Shown: positions 1-17,754 of the stretch, one piece after another | How positions within the stretch are numbered: the stretch's first letter is position 1 | How the letters are laid out: each line of letters starts with the position of its first letter | DNA from: the human T2T-CHM13v2.0 reference genome, Homo sapiens | Strand: one strand, 5' to 3' | Assembly (NCBI RefSeq): GCF_009914755.1 | Contig: NC_060932.1 | Length of the DNA: 64,000 nucleotides | Notes under the pieces: model-generated | The model's database searches: none | Told to the model about the DNA's origin: nothing | Seen by the model: the letters and a program-made list of their open reading frames with translations, nothing else | Translations under genes and position numbers: made by a program

Positions 1-199
1 AAGACAAAACTTAAAGGTAAGGGATTCAGTCACAGAGCCAATGTGGTAGAATTGGACTCTGACTCAGGTCCTCAGACTCAGTATCCCATACTCTTTCTAC
101 CCACTAAATGAATGAATATTTAATAATTAACTCTGAACAAGAAGAAAGAACTGGTTGGTGAAACAAAAAGTGAGTGGACTCTTAGAAGAAAGTTGACTA

Positions 200-880
200 G
201 AATATATTTGTTGCTGCAAAACAAACTTAAAACTTTATATTTGTTGCTGCAAAACAAACTACTTAAAACTTTGTAGCTTAACACCACAATCATTGTAGGT
301 TAGGCATTCAGAGAAGGCTCAGCAGGATGGTTCGTCACACGCTAAGTGATGTCTTCTGAGACTGGAATGTACAAGATGTTCACTTCACTCATTTCTGGCT
401 TCTCAGCTAAGTTGACTTCAGTAACTGAGGGCTGGTTGGGGCTGCTTAATGGGGACGATATACCTATGCCTAGGATTTTTGGATTTCTTTGTTGGCTGTG
501 TTCCTTGGTTCTGCACTGTTGTAGTCTCAGGAGTCTCTCTCTGTCTCTCCCCCTCTCCCCCTCCCCTGGTATCCTGTTTACATGGTGTTACTACATGGTT
601 TCTTCAAATGATCTTTCCAGCAGCCTAGACAGACCTCTTGCTTGAAAGCTCAGGGCTCCCAAGAGTGCAAAAGTAGAAGCTTACAGAACTTCTCAAGATT
701 AGTCAGAATGGGCACAACATCTTTCCTGACATATTTTAAAAATTAAGTCACAGGCTCAGCCTAGATTCAAGGATAGGCATGAATAATGAGAAGTATGGGT
801 AAATGGAGGTATTAATTTAATGAATTACCATAATCCTGACCCCTAATGATTCACATTTCTACCATATACATTATATATTC
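200..880. mobile_element. Old MaLR (MLT1-type) LTR
   Basis: Contains motifs recalled from MLT1 LTRs (tttgttgctgc..aacaaac; ggctcagcaggatggttc; caggctcagcctagattcaagga). Confidence 0.5.
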
Positions 881-1296
881 ACTCTCTAGAATGCCTTCCA
901 AAGATGTCATTCTATTATGACATAGGGCTCAGGCTTGAGGTCCAGGGTCTCCTTATCTAATTTAGGTCCATGTGCAGATGATGCTCTTCAGAAGTGGGCT
1001 CTCTAATGAAATCAAAATTCAAGTTGTCTTCCATATCCCTAACACACATAGGTAAGGCTGTGCCAGGAAAACCAAAAAGAAATTCCTATTTACAAAGGGT
1101 GAAAACAGAAGGCCCACAGTAGCCACTGATTCATAGAAATTTTGAAATCCTGCAAGGCATAAATTTTTCATTCCTTGACTAGGCCCCAGTTCTGCCCTCT
1201 GGGAGTGTTTCTTCATGGCCCTTGGTTCCACCCTCAGAAGCAATTTTTTTCCTATGAGAAATGGCTTTTATTTGGAGTTGAGTGGTTTTCACAGTC

Positions 1297-1831
1297 TGTA
1301 TGTTGGGGTTCCCAAGACCACCTCAGGCCCAATGATTTACTAGAAAGACACACTGGTCTTGGAAGCTTTATTCACACACTTATGGTTGATTACAGTGAAA
1401 AGATATAGATTAAAATCAGCAAAGGAAAGATGCAAATGGTGTGACTTCCAGGAGTAACCTGGTGCAAGCTTCCAGGTGTCCCATTCCTGTGGAAGGTACT
1501 TAATTCTCTCATCAAGGATGTATGACAACCAGAGAAGCTCCCCGAACCTTGGTGTCCAGTGCTTTTGTTGGGAAGTCACTCAGAATCCTTTTCCCCTCAG
1601 CAAAATAGGCATTCACTGTAAGTCACATTGTCAGTATAAACTAATTGTCAAACTGTTACTGCATGTCCCAAGACCTCAGGCATACCAAAACACTCATCAG
1701 GCAGCATATTCCAGGGTCATAGAGCTCATATCCCAGGAATCAGCAAAAGACTAGTCCTGAACACAGACTTTCCCTCAGAATGTGCAGGGTTTGAGTAACG
1801 TGGGTCTACTGAGTTAACCCTTTCTTGCACA
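1297..1831. mobile_element. MER21-type LTR
   Basis: tgttggggttcccaagaccacc...ttacagtgaaaagatatagattaaaatcagcaaagg...gagttaaccctttcttgcaca resembles the recalled MER21 consensus. Confidence 0.7.
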
Positions 1832-4800
1832 ATTTAAAATTCGTTTTTCATTTGAAACTCTCTCTGGTCTTTTGAGTTCAATATAGTATAATTTCTTTAG
1901 AAAGTTAATACATTTTCTATGTATCAAATTATAAATTCACTTTATTCAATAAAAGCTGTACCCATAAATATCTTCAAGACAGATCTCTTTCCACTTGGAC
2001 CTCAAAATCAGAGTGATAGGGGATGAATTAAGATTCTTAAAAGCCCCACTGTCTATCTGAATTGTTCCATAATGTCTTAAGTCTTTCTGAAGTCTTAACA
2101 AAGTGTTTCACATATTTTTGTTCCTGTGATAACTCTTTTACTGAGAAGGCCCTGGATTTGATCTTTATTCTGAGGAAATTACTAATTCACTCTGAGAATC
2201 TTTTGTTATGAGAGATGGGATGAGAAACAGTTTTATGTTGGAATCCTACAGTCGTGGTTTTTCTTTATATTTACCCTAAATTCTGCTTGAAAACAAAACT
2301 TTTTTCTATCTTATTTTATTGCTCCAGGGTTTTATTATAGGCAGCTGAAAGAAGCTCCTTAGGCAGATCCATCATTTTATTAGGAGCTCTTTCTCCTGTC
2401 CATTTACGAAGGCAACAGTTCTGTGTATTCTTCTGCCCCCATTTTCTTATGGAGCTTCTGGTCTTCCCTCTTGGCGAGGCATCTTCAGGCTTGCCTCACT
2501 GCCTGGCCTCAAAGCTAATGTGGCACAGCCTGGTGGTAAAGTCTTCTACCATGATGATCGTTTTGGCAATTTCCCTTAAAATTCCATCAGGTTTTGCTAT
2601 ATCAACAGGAATCACAGAGCCACTTTTTAAGGTGCATACAAGTTCATAATTTCCTTATATCTATTAGCTTAATTGTTCCTTATAATTATTACCTATCATC
2701 TCATTTCATCTGTCTTAATGCTTTATCCTCAAAGTCTCTTTTGTTTGGTATTAATATCTCTGCCCTATCTTTTGTTTGCCAGTCATACCCTTTTCTAATT
2801 CTTTATTTTCAACGTTCTGAGCTTCTTTGCTTTACTTCTGTCTTACATAGGCGCCATATTGCTGGATTAAAAAAAACTCCTTCCAGTAATAATGGTTACA
2901 GATGCATTTAGACATGATTCTACCATCTTATTTTGTGTTCTGTTTGCCATTTCTGAGGCCAGGCCATTTGATCTGAGACCTTAGGGATGAAAAGCATCCA
3001 GCCTTGGGACGTGCCCTTTGGAGGCAGAGAAAAGAACAAATGCAAAGAGAGGAGGCAGAAAAGCACTTAACAGAGTCGAGGACTAGGAGGAGGCCATTGT
3101 GGCTGAGGTGTAGTGAAAGAGTCCTGCGGGGTGGAGTAGCTGCAGGGACCCCCATGGTGGAGGGGCTTGTAGCTGTGGTGAATGTTGAAGGAGTCCTATG
3201 TCCCCCCGGAGAGGGCTTTCCATTAGGAGAAGGGTCTTGGCTTCTTTCTGTCTGAGAGAAACCAGTGAGTTCACCAGATGGTGAGACATGGAGAGTGGCA
3301 GAGCAACCCTTCTGTGTTCTCCCTTTGTTGGGGATCCACCTGCCTGCAGAGGGCACGTGTCAGGTTCGTGCTCCACCATAGGATGAACTCGCCCTCTCCT
3401 GTGCTGGGACCCACAGTTGTCCAGCAATACCACTGTCTAGCCCAGGCCTCTGTGCCAGCAGCTCACAGGCCCACACTCAGAGGCTGCATTCCCCAGTGTT
3501 GTCCCAAGTAAAGGTTATGCTTCGACCTCTATATGCCTGGCTCCTGTGTCTGGTAGGATACAGAAATAGTATTTAGTCAGCCCATGGGAAAAAGAAACAA
3601 AAAAAATATCATACAACTTATGTACTTTTTTCAAACTGCAATGGGAAGATTTTGAAGGGTTTTAAGTAGTAGTTTGGGTTGAAATGATCTGATTTATGCT
3701 CTATAAAGATAATTTTTACTGCTTAGAATAGAATGGAACATAGTGGTCAAAATTAGAAGCCAAGAAGAGAAGTGAAATGAGTAATGGGGAGGAGTTTATG
3801 ATATTCCTTGGACTTAGTGTTAGCAATTGAGTGGAAGGCACTGCTAGGAGTTTCAGTGGAAAGCCTGGTAGGGTATCACGTTTAGGAGTTTCTACATAAG
3901 AACTGTATTTGGGGTTTGTGCTCCTTACCTGAAAAGCACAGTGCAAAAGGATTGAGGGAAAACCTTAATATATAAGGGAACAGAAGCATATGCAAAATCT
4001 ATGGATAAATATATGATTTTTCGTTATTGAAGAAAAGTTTTGATTCACTTGGAATAATGAAAAAAGGTAGGAGGAGAATGTCCCAAAGTATTTGCCTTTT
4101 TGGAATTGAAAGTTTTCAACTATAAAATTTAACAGCTTGATGACATAAAAGGATGAAACTCTTAAAACAAATAATACAAAGTGGACTAAAACCATCACAA
4201 CCACTTGCAGGAAAATATCTATAAATAGATTGTCCTCCCATTATTAGATTGGTGTTAATAATTATTCAGGCGCCAAATGGTAGTTTGGAGAATTACTGAG
4301 GGAAGATTTTCAGACCAATTCTCCTATTTGAGACATTCTGAGACTCAGAAATGTGTGGAATTGAATTAAGCACTGGTAAAACAACTTGTTTTCTCTTCTC
4401 TGTTACAAATAAGCCTCTCTAGCATTCTGGTTGAACCTCATAGCCAAGGGGAGGGGAGAAAAGTACCTAACATTTATGGAGGCCAGTGGGGTGAGGTCCG
4501 CAGTTAGTCCATAAGGTTTCAAGGGGAGTTAAGACCCTGTTGCTGCCTTCAAGGTGCTCATGTGGCTACTTGATCTCACAGCAGTTCCCTGTGACAAGTA
4601 AAATTGCTCCTGTTGGATGAGGACACTGAGGCTGAGGAGGAGGGAGTGAGAGGATGAAGGGAACCTGCCCAAGGTCTCCCCTGGTGTGGCGGGCAGGGAA
4701 TCTGGCCCAACTTGGCTGCAGGGAGCAGTGGAAACTGAAGGTTCAAGATATGCTTTACGGGTAGAAGAGCATCAATAACAAAGAGTTCATTATCCATTCA

Positions 4801-5674
4801 TTAAAGACATGCAATATATTGCCAGTGTAGCCATACCAGGCATATGAAGGGAAAAGAAATTACAATCATGAGAAGAGATGTGTCCTTTCTCTTAACAGTT
4901 TACAACCTAACAGGAGGTTGATACAGTAATTATGAGAAAAATGCAATGTGGAAAATACTCTGATAAGAAATACTATGAGTGTTTACACTTCACTCCTTAA
5001 CAACTTATTCTGGTAATTAGCCCCCACAGAATTCCTGGGCCCCCTCAATCTCTTTTGATCAATATGGATAGTGATTATCAAGGGCTTATAATCAAACTTG
5101 AGCAAATTAATAGCTCTATATATGCATAACTGGTTGATTATTTGCAGGTTATATATGATTCTTCCTGCTCTAGTCACTCTCCATTATCCCACAATTTTCA
5201 TTATTACATATTTCCTCAAAATTTTCAGGGAACACAGGAATTGCGGAAACAAAACTCAGTAACTGTATATCTTATTTGCATATTTGGTAAAAAACAGAGG
5301 ATCAAAGATAAATTTTTAAACTACCTGTGGATTTCAATTATTCATGCCTTCATTGGCTTCTCTTTTCATTTACAAAAATGTTTATCTGCCTTTCTAATAA
5401 TTTGTCTCAATATTATTAAGAAGTAGGTACATTAAGTTAATATCTTAAAAAATTGAATCAACATGAAAATTTAAAAAATTAATCTTGAAAGATATAATAA
5501 GTTTATGGTGATAAAATTTAAAAGTTCACATGAAAAGGAGATTTAAAAATATTTCAACTATAATTTTATTAACCCAAGATAACCACTGATAATATTTTGT
5601 ACAATTTTACATTGTTCTGGAGCTTACTTTTTTTCTTGAAAGTATGTAAGACTTTTTTCTGTATTAGTGCATAT

Positions 5675-6360
<686 letters not shown>

Positions 6361-7796
6361 CTCTTCATCACCTTTCAATGGTCATATAGCATTCTACCGT
6401 AAAAATGTGCCATAAATGACTAAACTATCCACTTGCTTAACAACATATTTCTATATATTCCTTATAAACAAGGCTTCTATGAGCATCTTTGAACATATAT
6501 TTGTTTTATTAGGTCTCATATTTAGAAATAAAACTGCTAGGTCAACAGTACTAACATGTTTAAGGCTTTTGATACATATTGCCAAATCTTCCTCCAGAAA
6601 TGAAGCAATCAATGCTTCTGACAGCAGTCTAGTAGAAAGCTTATTTTCCAAAACCCCCATCATTGCTAATTTGATGAATAAAGATAGTTCATTTTAATTA
6701 ATAATGTAAAATCTAATACATTAACATTTAAAAGTATAACCTTTTGATTTTTAAAAAGTTGTATGCAGATGAGCATAAAATAGGAAGAATTAAACACCCA
6801 CTTTAAGCACTGAGCACACCAAGTTTAATGAACGACTTGAAGAAAACCTCTTTTGGATTTCACACCAGGTAGGAACTGAGAAGCGCTAAGGATTAGGCCC
6901 AGCAAGGAAGAATAAAGGCAGGAGAAGGGACCTTCAGTCATGGCTGTTATCAGCCTTGGGCCCGCTTCACGAGGAAATTTGAGACTAGCTCAAGCTTTGG
7001 TAAACCCGCGTATGAATTGTCTGGAGATGCCTGGGGAAAGAGAATGAAAGTGAGAGGATAAGTAACCCTGGGACAGGAACCCAGTTGGAAATTATTATAG
7101 GAGAGTAATTAAAATGCCATGATAACCATCTGAAGTTGAAAGAGAACAGTGCACCGGAGTCTAAGGCTTTGTCTTTTCCCAGCTGTAACCATTGCCTTCC
7201 TGTCTCCTTCATAGACCTCAGTCACGGAGATCCGTGAAGGACAGTCATCACTGATACCTTGCTATTTTTTTTTTGATTATTTAAAAATGTTATTATACAG
7301 GTGTCTTTACTTTGCATTAACACATGATGCATCTCAGGTGAACATGTTGAGATAGTCTCCAGGGAAGTTGGTAGGGAGGGATGATGGGGAAGACACACAA
7401 AGTGTCTGCCCCTTCTGAAATAGGATTGCCAAGGAGCTGGCTAATGAGGGAGGACAACAGTGTGCCTTCACCAGCACTCCCAAGGACATAAATAAAGGAG
7501 TTAAATGAGCACCTGCTACATCCATACAGGCAGTCTGGAGTGTGCAGAGGGAGCATGACAGGGTGCAGCCTCTGAAGAGTCTTATACCAGCCTCCATCCT
7601 GGACAGAAAAACCTAACTTCCTTCTGGAGACTTCCAACTGCCCATCCAACTGATAAAGCAACAGCAACAAAGAGACAATTGTGGCTGCTCACAGATTTGC
7701 AGGTGGGAAATGCAGAGAAACTCTGGTCCAGAGTAAAAATAGCTTCTCTTATGTGTCCCAATTCTTCTTCATAATCTCTACCACTGAGAACACCAG

Positions 7797-8236
<440 letters not shown>

Positions 8237-9746
8237 TCAGTATAATGTATATGACCAAGCATTTCTAGAGACTCTTTATAGGCACGATTGCTGTCCCTTC
8301 CTCATGGAAATAGTCCTGTGAAGGCAGCAAGCTATGACTGTTTTTAATTCTTGTGGCACTTTTAACGTTCTTATTAAATGAAAAGAGGGACCAGCCTATT
8401 GAACTTTCCTCAAATACAGAATGATTCCGTGCACAATGGCTCATCAGCTCTGTTACCCCAGGAAAAGTAATATGGGGTGCTGGGGACCTTAAACTGTCCT
8501 GTGGTTACACATTAAACTCTCTATCTGCCCTTCAAAAGAAGGTAGGGGTCAGAACTGGTTTGAACCTCTGAAAAAAAAAGAAGAAATCTCCCTAGCAGAT
8601 GGCTTGGATAACTCCAGTAGAAGGCTGAAGCTAATGTAAATCATATCTAAATGTTTAATACTTTTTAAAGTAGAGGATAAATGGATGATAGAAAACTTTG
8701 GCTAGCCTCAGTCTCTTATTCCTACATAATGAACACCTTGTTTGTTTTCAAAGAATCAATATTTAGTTTAGCTGAAATATTTGGGACGTCATTAATTTTG
8801 ACCAAAGGTTTCCAGTTATAGCATTTATTTCAAAACCAAGCTTGTGATAGTTGAATTAAAACATAAATATTACTTTTTCTTTCCACAAATAATGTCACGA
8901 AACAAATTTTTTACTCATGGTATACATCAGAAGAAATTTACCATGTGTTAATGGTTCTCCATTCTAAAGTTAGAAAGTACCCACCTTTTAGGAATTTCAA
9001 CGCATATTGTAATTTTTTTCTACTGTGAATTTGATATTCTAGTATAATCTGTCATCACTAGAATCCTTTCCCTTAGGTCCTCTTAGGGAAGTGGCTGTAA
9101 AATCTAGAAGAAAGATGTTGATTTGATCTGTTCATGCATAAATAAGCTTGCATGTGACTCAGCCCCAAACAGAAAATTATATTAATGTGGAAATATTCGA
9201 TTAAATGAGATTACTCGTTCCCGAACAATTCTCTTGATGGGCATAGAATTTCTTTTGTTTGTTCCAACATGTTTTTTAAGCAAACTCTAACCTTCTTAAT
9301 TTTGCTTTGATCTAACATCCACTGTAAACTGCAGCCTTGACCAGATGACTTTTGTTCTAAGAGTATTAGCTTCTATTATCAGTGCTTGTGTTAAAAAGGA
9401 GACTCAGAGGGAGATACAAGGAGCAATAGAGAGGTGACAAAATGACTGCAGGAGTTGAAATTGCTTCACTAGGAGGATTTTAATAATATGTCCTTTGAAG
9501 AAAAAATACCTAAAAGATCATCTAATCCAACTTCTTATTGTATTATTGTGGAACATTGAGCTAGAGGACATAAATGGCTCAACCAAGGTTAGAGGCAGGT
9601 AGAAAGCTAGAATATGTGTCAACTGAGTTTAATTTAATGTTCTTTCTACCTTGATGTCTCTATTCATCTGTCCATCCATCCATCCATCCACCCACCCACC
9701 CAACCATCTATTGATCTCTATGCCAGTATCTATGTAATCATGACTC

Positions 9747-9752
<6 letters not shown>

Positions 9753-9787
<35 letters not shown>
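9753..9787. repeat. (TG)17 microsatellite
   Basis: Read directly; (CCAT)n/(CCAC)n lies nearby at ~9670-9705. Confidence 0.95.
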
Positions 9788-9789
<2 letters not shown>

Positions 9790-11922
9790 TATTTTGGGGT
9801 ACAATTTTTTGAAGTATTTTGTTCTCAGAAAGTATTTAAATTTGAAAGAAAGTCTAGAACAATTTCCTCCGGACTATGTGACCTTGATTCTTGAAGGAAA
9901 CTCAGAATATGAAATAATATAAACATGGCTTACTAAAGAATTTAATTGACTAATTCTGAATTGGGGATTTAAATTACATATTACTCACATTAACATATTT
10001 TTATCACCTCTATACATCATAATTAATTTATTACTAATTTAATATATTGTTGCAAAGTCACCTAACCTGCCAAAGAAATGAGGTTGTGGTAGCAAAGCTT
10101 GACGAATATACTACTTGTGGGAAAAATGCTTCAGAAGGAAGATACACAAAAATATTTGGATTACAATAAAAAAAGATAGATCAATAAATCTCTGCTTGGC
10201 CCATGTGTTTCTCCTGACCTAAGTAAAACTTCATTAATATATTTTTGCTTTAGATGTTGTAGATCAGAAATTTACTTCTCAGATTTAGTTCCTAATGACA
10301 CTAATAATAATAAAATGTTAACAGCCAATGTGCCAAGCACTTTTTAATTACACAATCAATTATTTTAGAGATAAGAGAACCTACGTTACCTCTAAGATTC
10401 TGACTCAGAGCCAAGACATTAACAAAGGTGAGGAGAGACTGATGGAGGAAGTGGTTACCTGGGAGAATTCAGATCCCTAATAATGCAGAACATCTGTTTC
10501 CTCAGTGTACAAGGGCAGGAGGAACAAGAAACATGTATTAATTAAAGAAGTAGAATATGACATTTCTCCACTACTCATCTATGCATTATTTTCTTCATTT
10601 TGACAAAAACTGAGGACGAAAAAGTTCTACCATTTGCCCAGAGAATGTGCTTAGCACTTTATGAAAGTTACCTCACATCAACCTTGAGAGTAAATAGAAT
10701 TGTATCCTATTTTAAGAAGATGGACATCACCCAAAGTCTGTCCCTGTTAGCCAATATGTCACTCTCCTATACCCATCTGCAAACCCGCCCAGCTTGTTCT
10801 GTCTGCACCTCCCTCTTTCAGTCTCATACCCTCCTGGTTCTTATCTCTGTTTCCTTTTTATAACCCCACTCTTATTCCTTTGTACTTAGCATTTGGTCTT
10901 CCTAGCTGTCCTTGAAGCTCCTTAAGGCTTTTGCTTTATTTTTTTCTGTGGGAAACTGGGCATGTCAGTTCTGTGTGATTCCTCTGACCAGGATGTTAAT
11001 TCCAGCAAAGGCCTCCAAGCCTTGGGAAGGCCCACCTAGTGGGTGGTTGACAAGACAGGATTCTTTTGGTTGAAGTGAGAGAATCCCAAATCAAATGAGC
11101 TCCCATAAGAATGGCAATTAATTGTTGAGAAGAAGGTTCTGGAAACACTGTGCCCTGACATTTCCTTTCCTCTCCATTTATCACTGAATCATGCATCTCC
11201 TTAGATCTGTGGCCACTATCACCTGCAAAGCTCTGGGTTTGGGAGAGATCTCAGGTTCTGCTGAATGTCCCTGGGCACTTTGTTCTACGGTGATAGGCCA
11301 GGCAATTAGCTCACAGGCAGCTTAGTGATAGCGACTGAAGGGCTGAAGACGCTAGGGCAATCTTGAAGGTAAGGGATCTGTGGAACCCAGGGGGAGAACA
11401 TCAGTCCTGTGTGATGGGTCATGACTGGCTGGATCTTTGAGGCTAGGCAAATACAGGGACGCTGGAAAGCAAGAAGCTTGGGCATGGCGAGGACCAGGAG
11501 GATAGTGTCAGTCTACTTTGCACTGAAAGTCCATAGCAAGAGTGGAGGGGAAAGAGACAGCAGGAGTCCAATTTGTCTCCCATTCCCTAATGAGCAATTG
11601 GTTCAAGGAAAGGCTGAAGAGGGGTGAGATGTCTGTATCAGATATTCCAGGAAATGAATCCTTGTTCCTAAGGGAGTGCCATAGGAAGAAGGGGACCATC
11701 TTCATCCTCTGTCTACATCAGCCTGAGCTGTGGGGAGTACAGGTACTGCTCAAGAGAGTAGAGCACAGAAATGGGAAGACCCTGGAGTCTGGCTGAACTC
11801 ACTGAGCCAATGAGCCAACCAGCCCCAAAGCTCCTAACACTAGACTCCAAAGTTGCAGGAATCTGACAATTCACCAAAGACAAGGAGTTAAATTACTCCT
11901 TGAATTACCAGGGATGTTCTAA

Positions 11923-12229
<307 letters not shown>

Positions 12230-13166
12230 TCTAATCTCAAAAAAACTCTTACATATGGCATCAATTAGTAATTTACTTAATTAAAAAATCCATTCAACAT
12301 GAAGAATCGTATACTTTTAATAGTAAGGAAATGTGATCACCCACATTTAGTATTATTATTTTAATCATTTGAAAATGTACTTCCACATTCTCACAGCAGT
12401 ATTGCCAATTTATCCACCTACAGCATGAATCCCTCTCCCACCAGCAACCAGCCTTCATAAAAATGGAATTTGGAAAATCACAAAACTCCAGCTCCGTAAT
12501 GTGTTTGAGTATTTACTGAAATTTATCATATGGAGCACGTGAGAGAGAATACCATGAGTTGTAAAATGACAGAACTGTTATTTCACATTTTTAGCTAACA
12601 ACAATTTTTAATGCTAGGATGGACTTTTGAAAGCTGAGACTTATGTTTCCCACTAATTTTTAACAAGTTTATCAACTACATATTTTTTTTTCTACCAAAA
12701 ACTGTGTTTTTTTATCAGGCAAGTTTCCCGGATTTACTCAGAGCAGGTCAAATGCTCCTTTACCTTGGATAAGAAACACTTCGTTTTTGTCTCTGAGTTT
12801 CAGACCTGCACACCAGCGCTGGTGCAGGGAAGGTAAACAGCACACGCTGACTGACTGCTTTTGTGGCTGAAACAACCTACGCAGGGGCCCCAGTGGGGAC
12901 GTTTGTTTGAGCGCCCCTCAGCTGCCCAGGGAGAAACTGCAGCTACCTAGTGTGAGCAGTTCCTCTCTTCCACACTTATATTTTCTTTGTTTGTTTTAAA
13001 CAAGATAGAAGAAGTAACAAGATAATTAGTTTGTCAGCCTGCTGCTTATATCTCAGTCAGGGCGGACTTCACATGACAGTCTTTAAGACTGGCTGAAAGT
13101 TTAAAATTTTTAAAAATCTAATATGGTATAAACAGAGTAAGTGATACATTTTAAAAGCATATGAGA

Positions 13167-13451
13167 GGCTGGGCACGGTGGCTCATGCCTGTAATCCCAG
13201 CACTTTGGGAGGCCGAGGCAGGCGGATCACGAAGTCGGGAGTTCAAGACCAGCCTGGCCAATATGGTGAAACCCCGTCTCTACTAAAAATACAAAAATTA
13301 GCCGGTCATGGTGGCAGGCGCCTGTAGTCCCAGCTACTCGGGAGGCTGAGGCAGAATTGCTTGAACCCAAGAGGCGGAGGTTTCGGTGCCACTGCATTCC
13401 AGCCTGGGCTACAGAGCAAGACTTCGTCTCAAAAACAGACAAACAAACAAA
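13167..13451 (+). mobile_element. Alu (AluS-like) with a small right-arm deletion
   Basis: Alu consensus; TSD aaaag(c/t)atatgaga. Confidence 0.9.
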
Positions 13452-13496
13452 AGTATATGAGAAAAAAAGAAAAATAAATAAAAGTTCGTTGGGGAT

Positions 13497-14219
<723 letters not shown>

Positions 14220-14549
14220 GGAATAAAGTATTTTTGTTATAAGTAATTTGTATACAGAAGAGCAAAAACAATGTGAACAGAATCACAATATGTGGGCAAT
14301 ACCTAGGCCCAATTTTGTAGATATAAATGAACTTAGATTTCATTTAAAAAATACTGCTGAAATAATCTGGATATATTTCAGACAAGATCAGGCACATTCA
14401 GAGTGGTATGGCCATATACGATCAGGATATATTTCAATGATTAAGAACTTAATGCTAAGTAACTGATGACTGTAGCAGTTTCTTACATAATTCAATACAG
14501 CAAAATTAAATGCCACAATATGTTTCCACTTGAGGTGTGTAAAGGTAGT

Positions 14550-14849
14550 TTTCTTTCTTTCTCTTTTTTTCTTTGAGATGGAGTTTCGCTCTTGTTGCCC
14601 AGGCTGCAGTGGCACAGAGGCTCACTGCAACCTCTGCCTCCCGGGTTCAAGTGATTCTCTCACCTCAGCCTCCCGAGTAATGGGGATTACAGGTGTGTGC
14701 CACCACACCCAGCTAATTTTTGTATTTTTAGTAGAGATGGGGTTTCACCATATTGGCCAGGCTGGTCTCGAACTGCTGGTCTCAGGTGATCCACCCGACT
14801 CGGCCTCCGAAAGTGTTGGGATTACAAGCATGAGCCACTGCGCCCAGCT
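14550..14849 (-). mobile_element. Alu
   Basis: Reverse-complement Alu consensus. Confidence 0.9.
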
Positions 14850-16089
14850 GCAAGGGTGGTTTTCTAATATATTAAAGCAGAGTAGAATTGAACAAGACAG
14901 AAAAGTTGTTCTTTTATAATGATAATTGCTGACTTGAGGAAATAAACCTAAGTCAAATAATTGAATTTTAAGTGTTTCTAACAATGGTAGCAATTTATGA
15001 CATCTAAGATAATTATATCTCTCAAATGATTATTAGTTTTGAAATACGGGATACAGTTTGGTACAAAGGCTCATTTTTTTTTTGAACACATGAAATGTCT
15101 CTTGAATAGTAGTCAGACTTCCAAAATTTTGAACGTTATATAGTAATTTACAAAATTAGCATATTTCCTCAGAAGAAATATTATGCCAGTGAGGCAAATC
15201 TATCAAGCAGGTTTTTTAACATCTTTCTTGAGGCTTCACTGATGTACAATAAACTGTACATATTTAAAATGTGCATTCTTTCACATTTCTATAATGGGTG
15301 AAACCATCATCTCTATCAAGATAAGAGGGTGAACATTGCACCCTAAATTTCCTGGTCCTCCTTGGTAATCCTTCCTCTTGCCTCTCCTCGACCCTATACT
15401 CCAAACCCAGCCAAACGCTTGACAACATTGAACTTGACCTGAGCCCTGTGCTCCTGAAAAACAGTAATGGTGAAGAAGCCCCCCTACAACCTTTTGTTTT
15501 CAAAAATCTTCTCATCATTTCCCAAAGAAAGAGCTAACCATAAACCCAAATATTCTGAGATAAGATCCTTCTCCATCTTTCCTCATGACTCCCATTTGAA
15601 GACTCAATGAATCTCTTGTTTAGCTGCTTCCTTTTCTCGGAGATGTTCCTTATAAATGAACACTCTCCCTATCTCAATAACCTGAATAAAATCATCTCTG
15701 GAATTGTCCTGTGCTTTTGGTTTGTCACTGTGACTCCTTTGGTTTGTCACTGTGACTTGGTTTGTGCTGTGACTCCACAGGATTGGACCTCATCTGTGAA
15801 GCCCTGTTCACTCTGCCCAGTAAGGAGGCCTTCTTCACAGGGCTCTTTCCTGACCCACCATCTGTGGACCAAGGGTATGTCCAACATTTGGTCCTGTGCT
15901 CTGCCTCTTGTCCAAATCCTCCCCTTGTAATATTTTGATTATGCTTCTTTTTGAGTATTCACTTGATATCTGGTGCCAGCTTCTTTTGACTTTATTGTCT
16001 AACCATTTGGGTTTCTCTGTAAATGAAATGATGATTTATAGAAATCTTATGTCTGCTACGTGAAAAATGACAGAGAACCTGCTTTGTTT

Positions 16090-16705
<616 letters not shown>

Positions 16706-17405
16706 GTTCATCTTTTCTAATTGTCTATTTTGAGCTCAAATCAATTAAGGATTCATACTCTCTGGGAAGAGAACAGCTTGTCGATATGGCCTGGTGAGTT
16801 TTGTAATTCTGTGTTACTTTGACCCATGGCTGAAATTCTGAACTGAAGCTATAAGCTTTCTCTCTATGTCATATTGTTTATGTTTCTATGTCTGTAATTT
16901 AGAAAGACATTTATCTCTCATTGCGTGAGTGTGTAATATTTTCCTTCCTCCAGATGGTATTAGTAACTTAAATTATAAAAATATCTTAAAGGGACACTAC
17001 TCTGATTGGCTTGCAGATAAATAAGCATTTATATCATTGGATATTCCTAAAATTCCCAGAAATTAAGGAAATTTAACTTCCACTATTTACAGTGTTCTAA
17101 AAAATTTTATTCTTACCGAAACCAACTCAAACACACATTTTCTCTACTGCAATCAGCTGAAGACAATCACAAATTCAACTGCCTGGCCCCACCAGCCTTT
17201 GTCTCTTTTCCTTCTTCGTCTTCTGCCACAGCCCCTGCTGCCTCCACTGCCAATGTTAATGCTCGAGGAAGGTCCTAATGATCTTCAGAGGCTTTATCCA
17301 AAAACACATTTCCGTTATTATCTTATTGGACCTCTTTGCTACATTTGATCATTTGATATTAACTTTCTTCCTACTTCAGAGCTTCTGCTTCTCTGAATTC
17401 CATGA

Positions 17406-17754
<349 letters not shown>

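Noticed and set aside
2928-3511. Cluster of overlapping ORFs of 77-142 aa
   Set aside because: No recognisable domain or splice pattern; explained by locally higher GC giving fewer stop codons.
11881-11902. Small inverted repeat caaggagt-taaatt-actccttg
   Set aside because: An 8-bp stem is within chance expectation for a 64-kb window.
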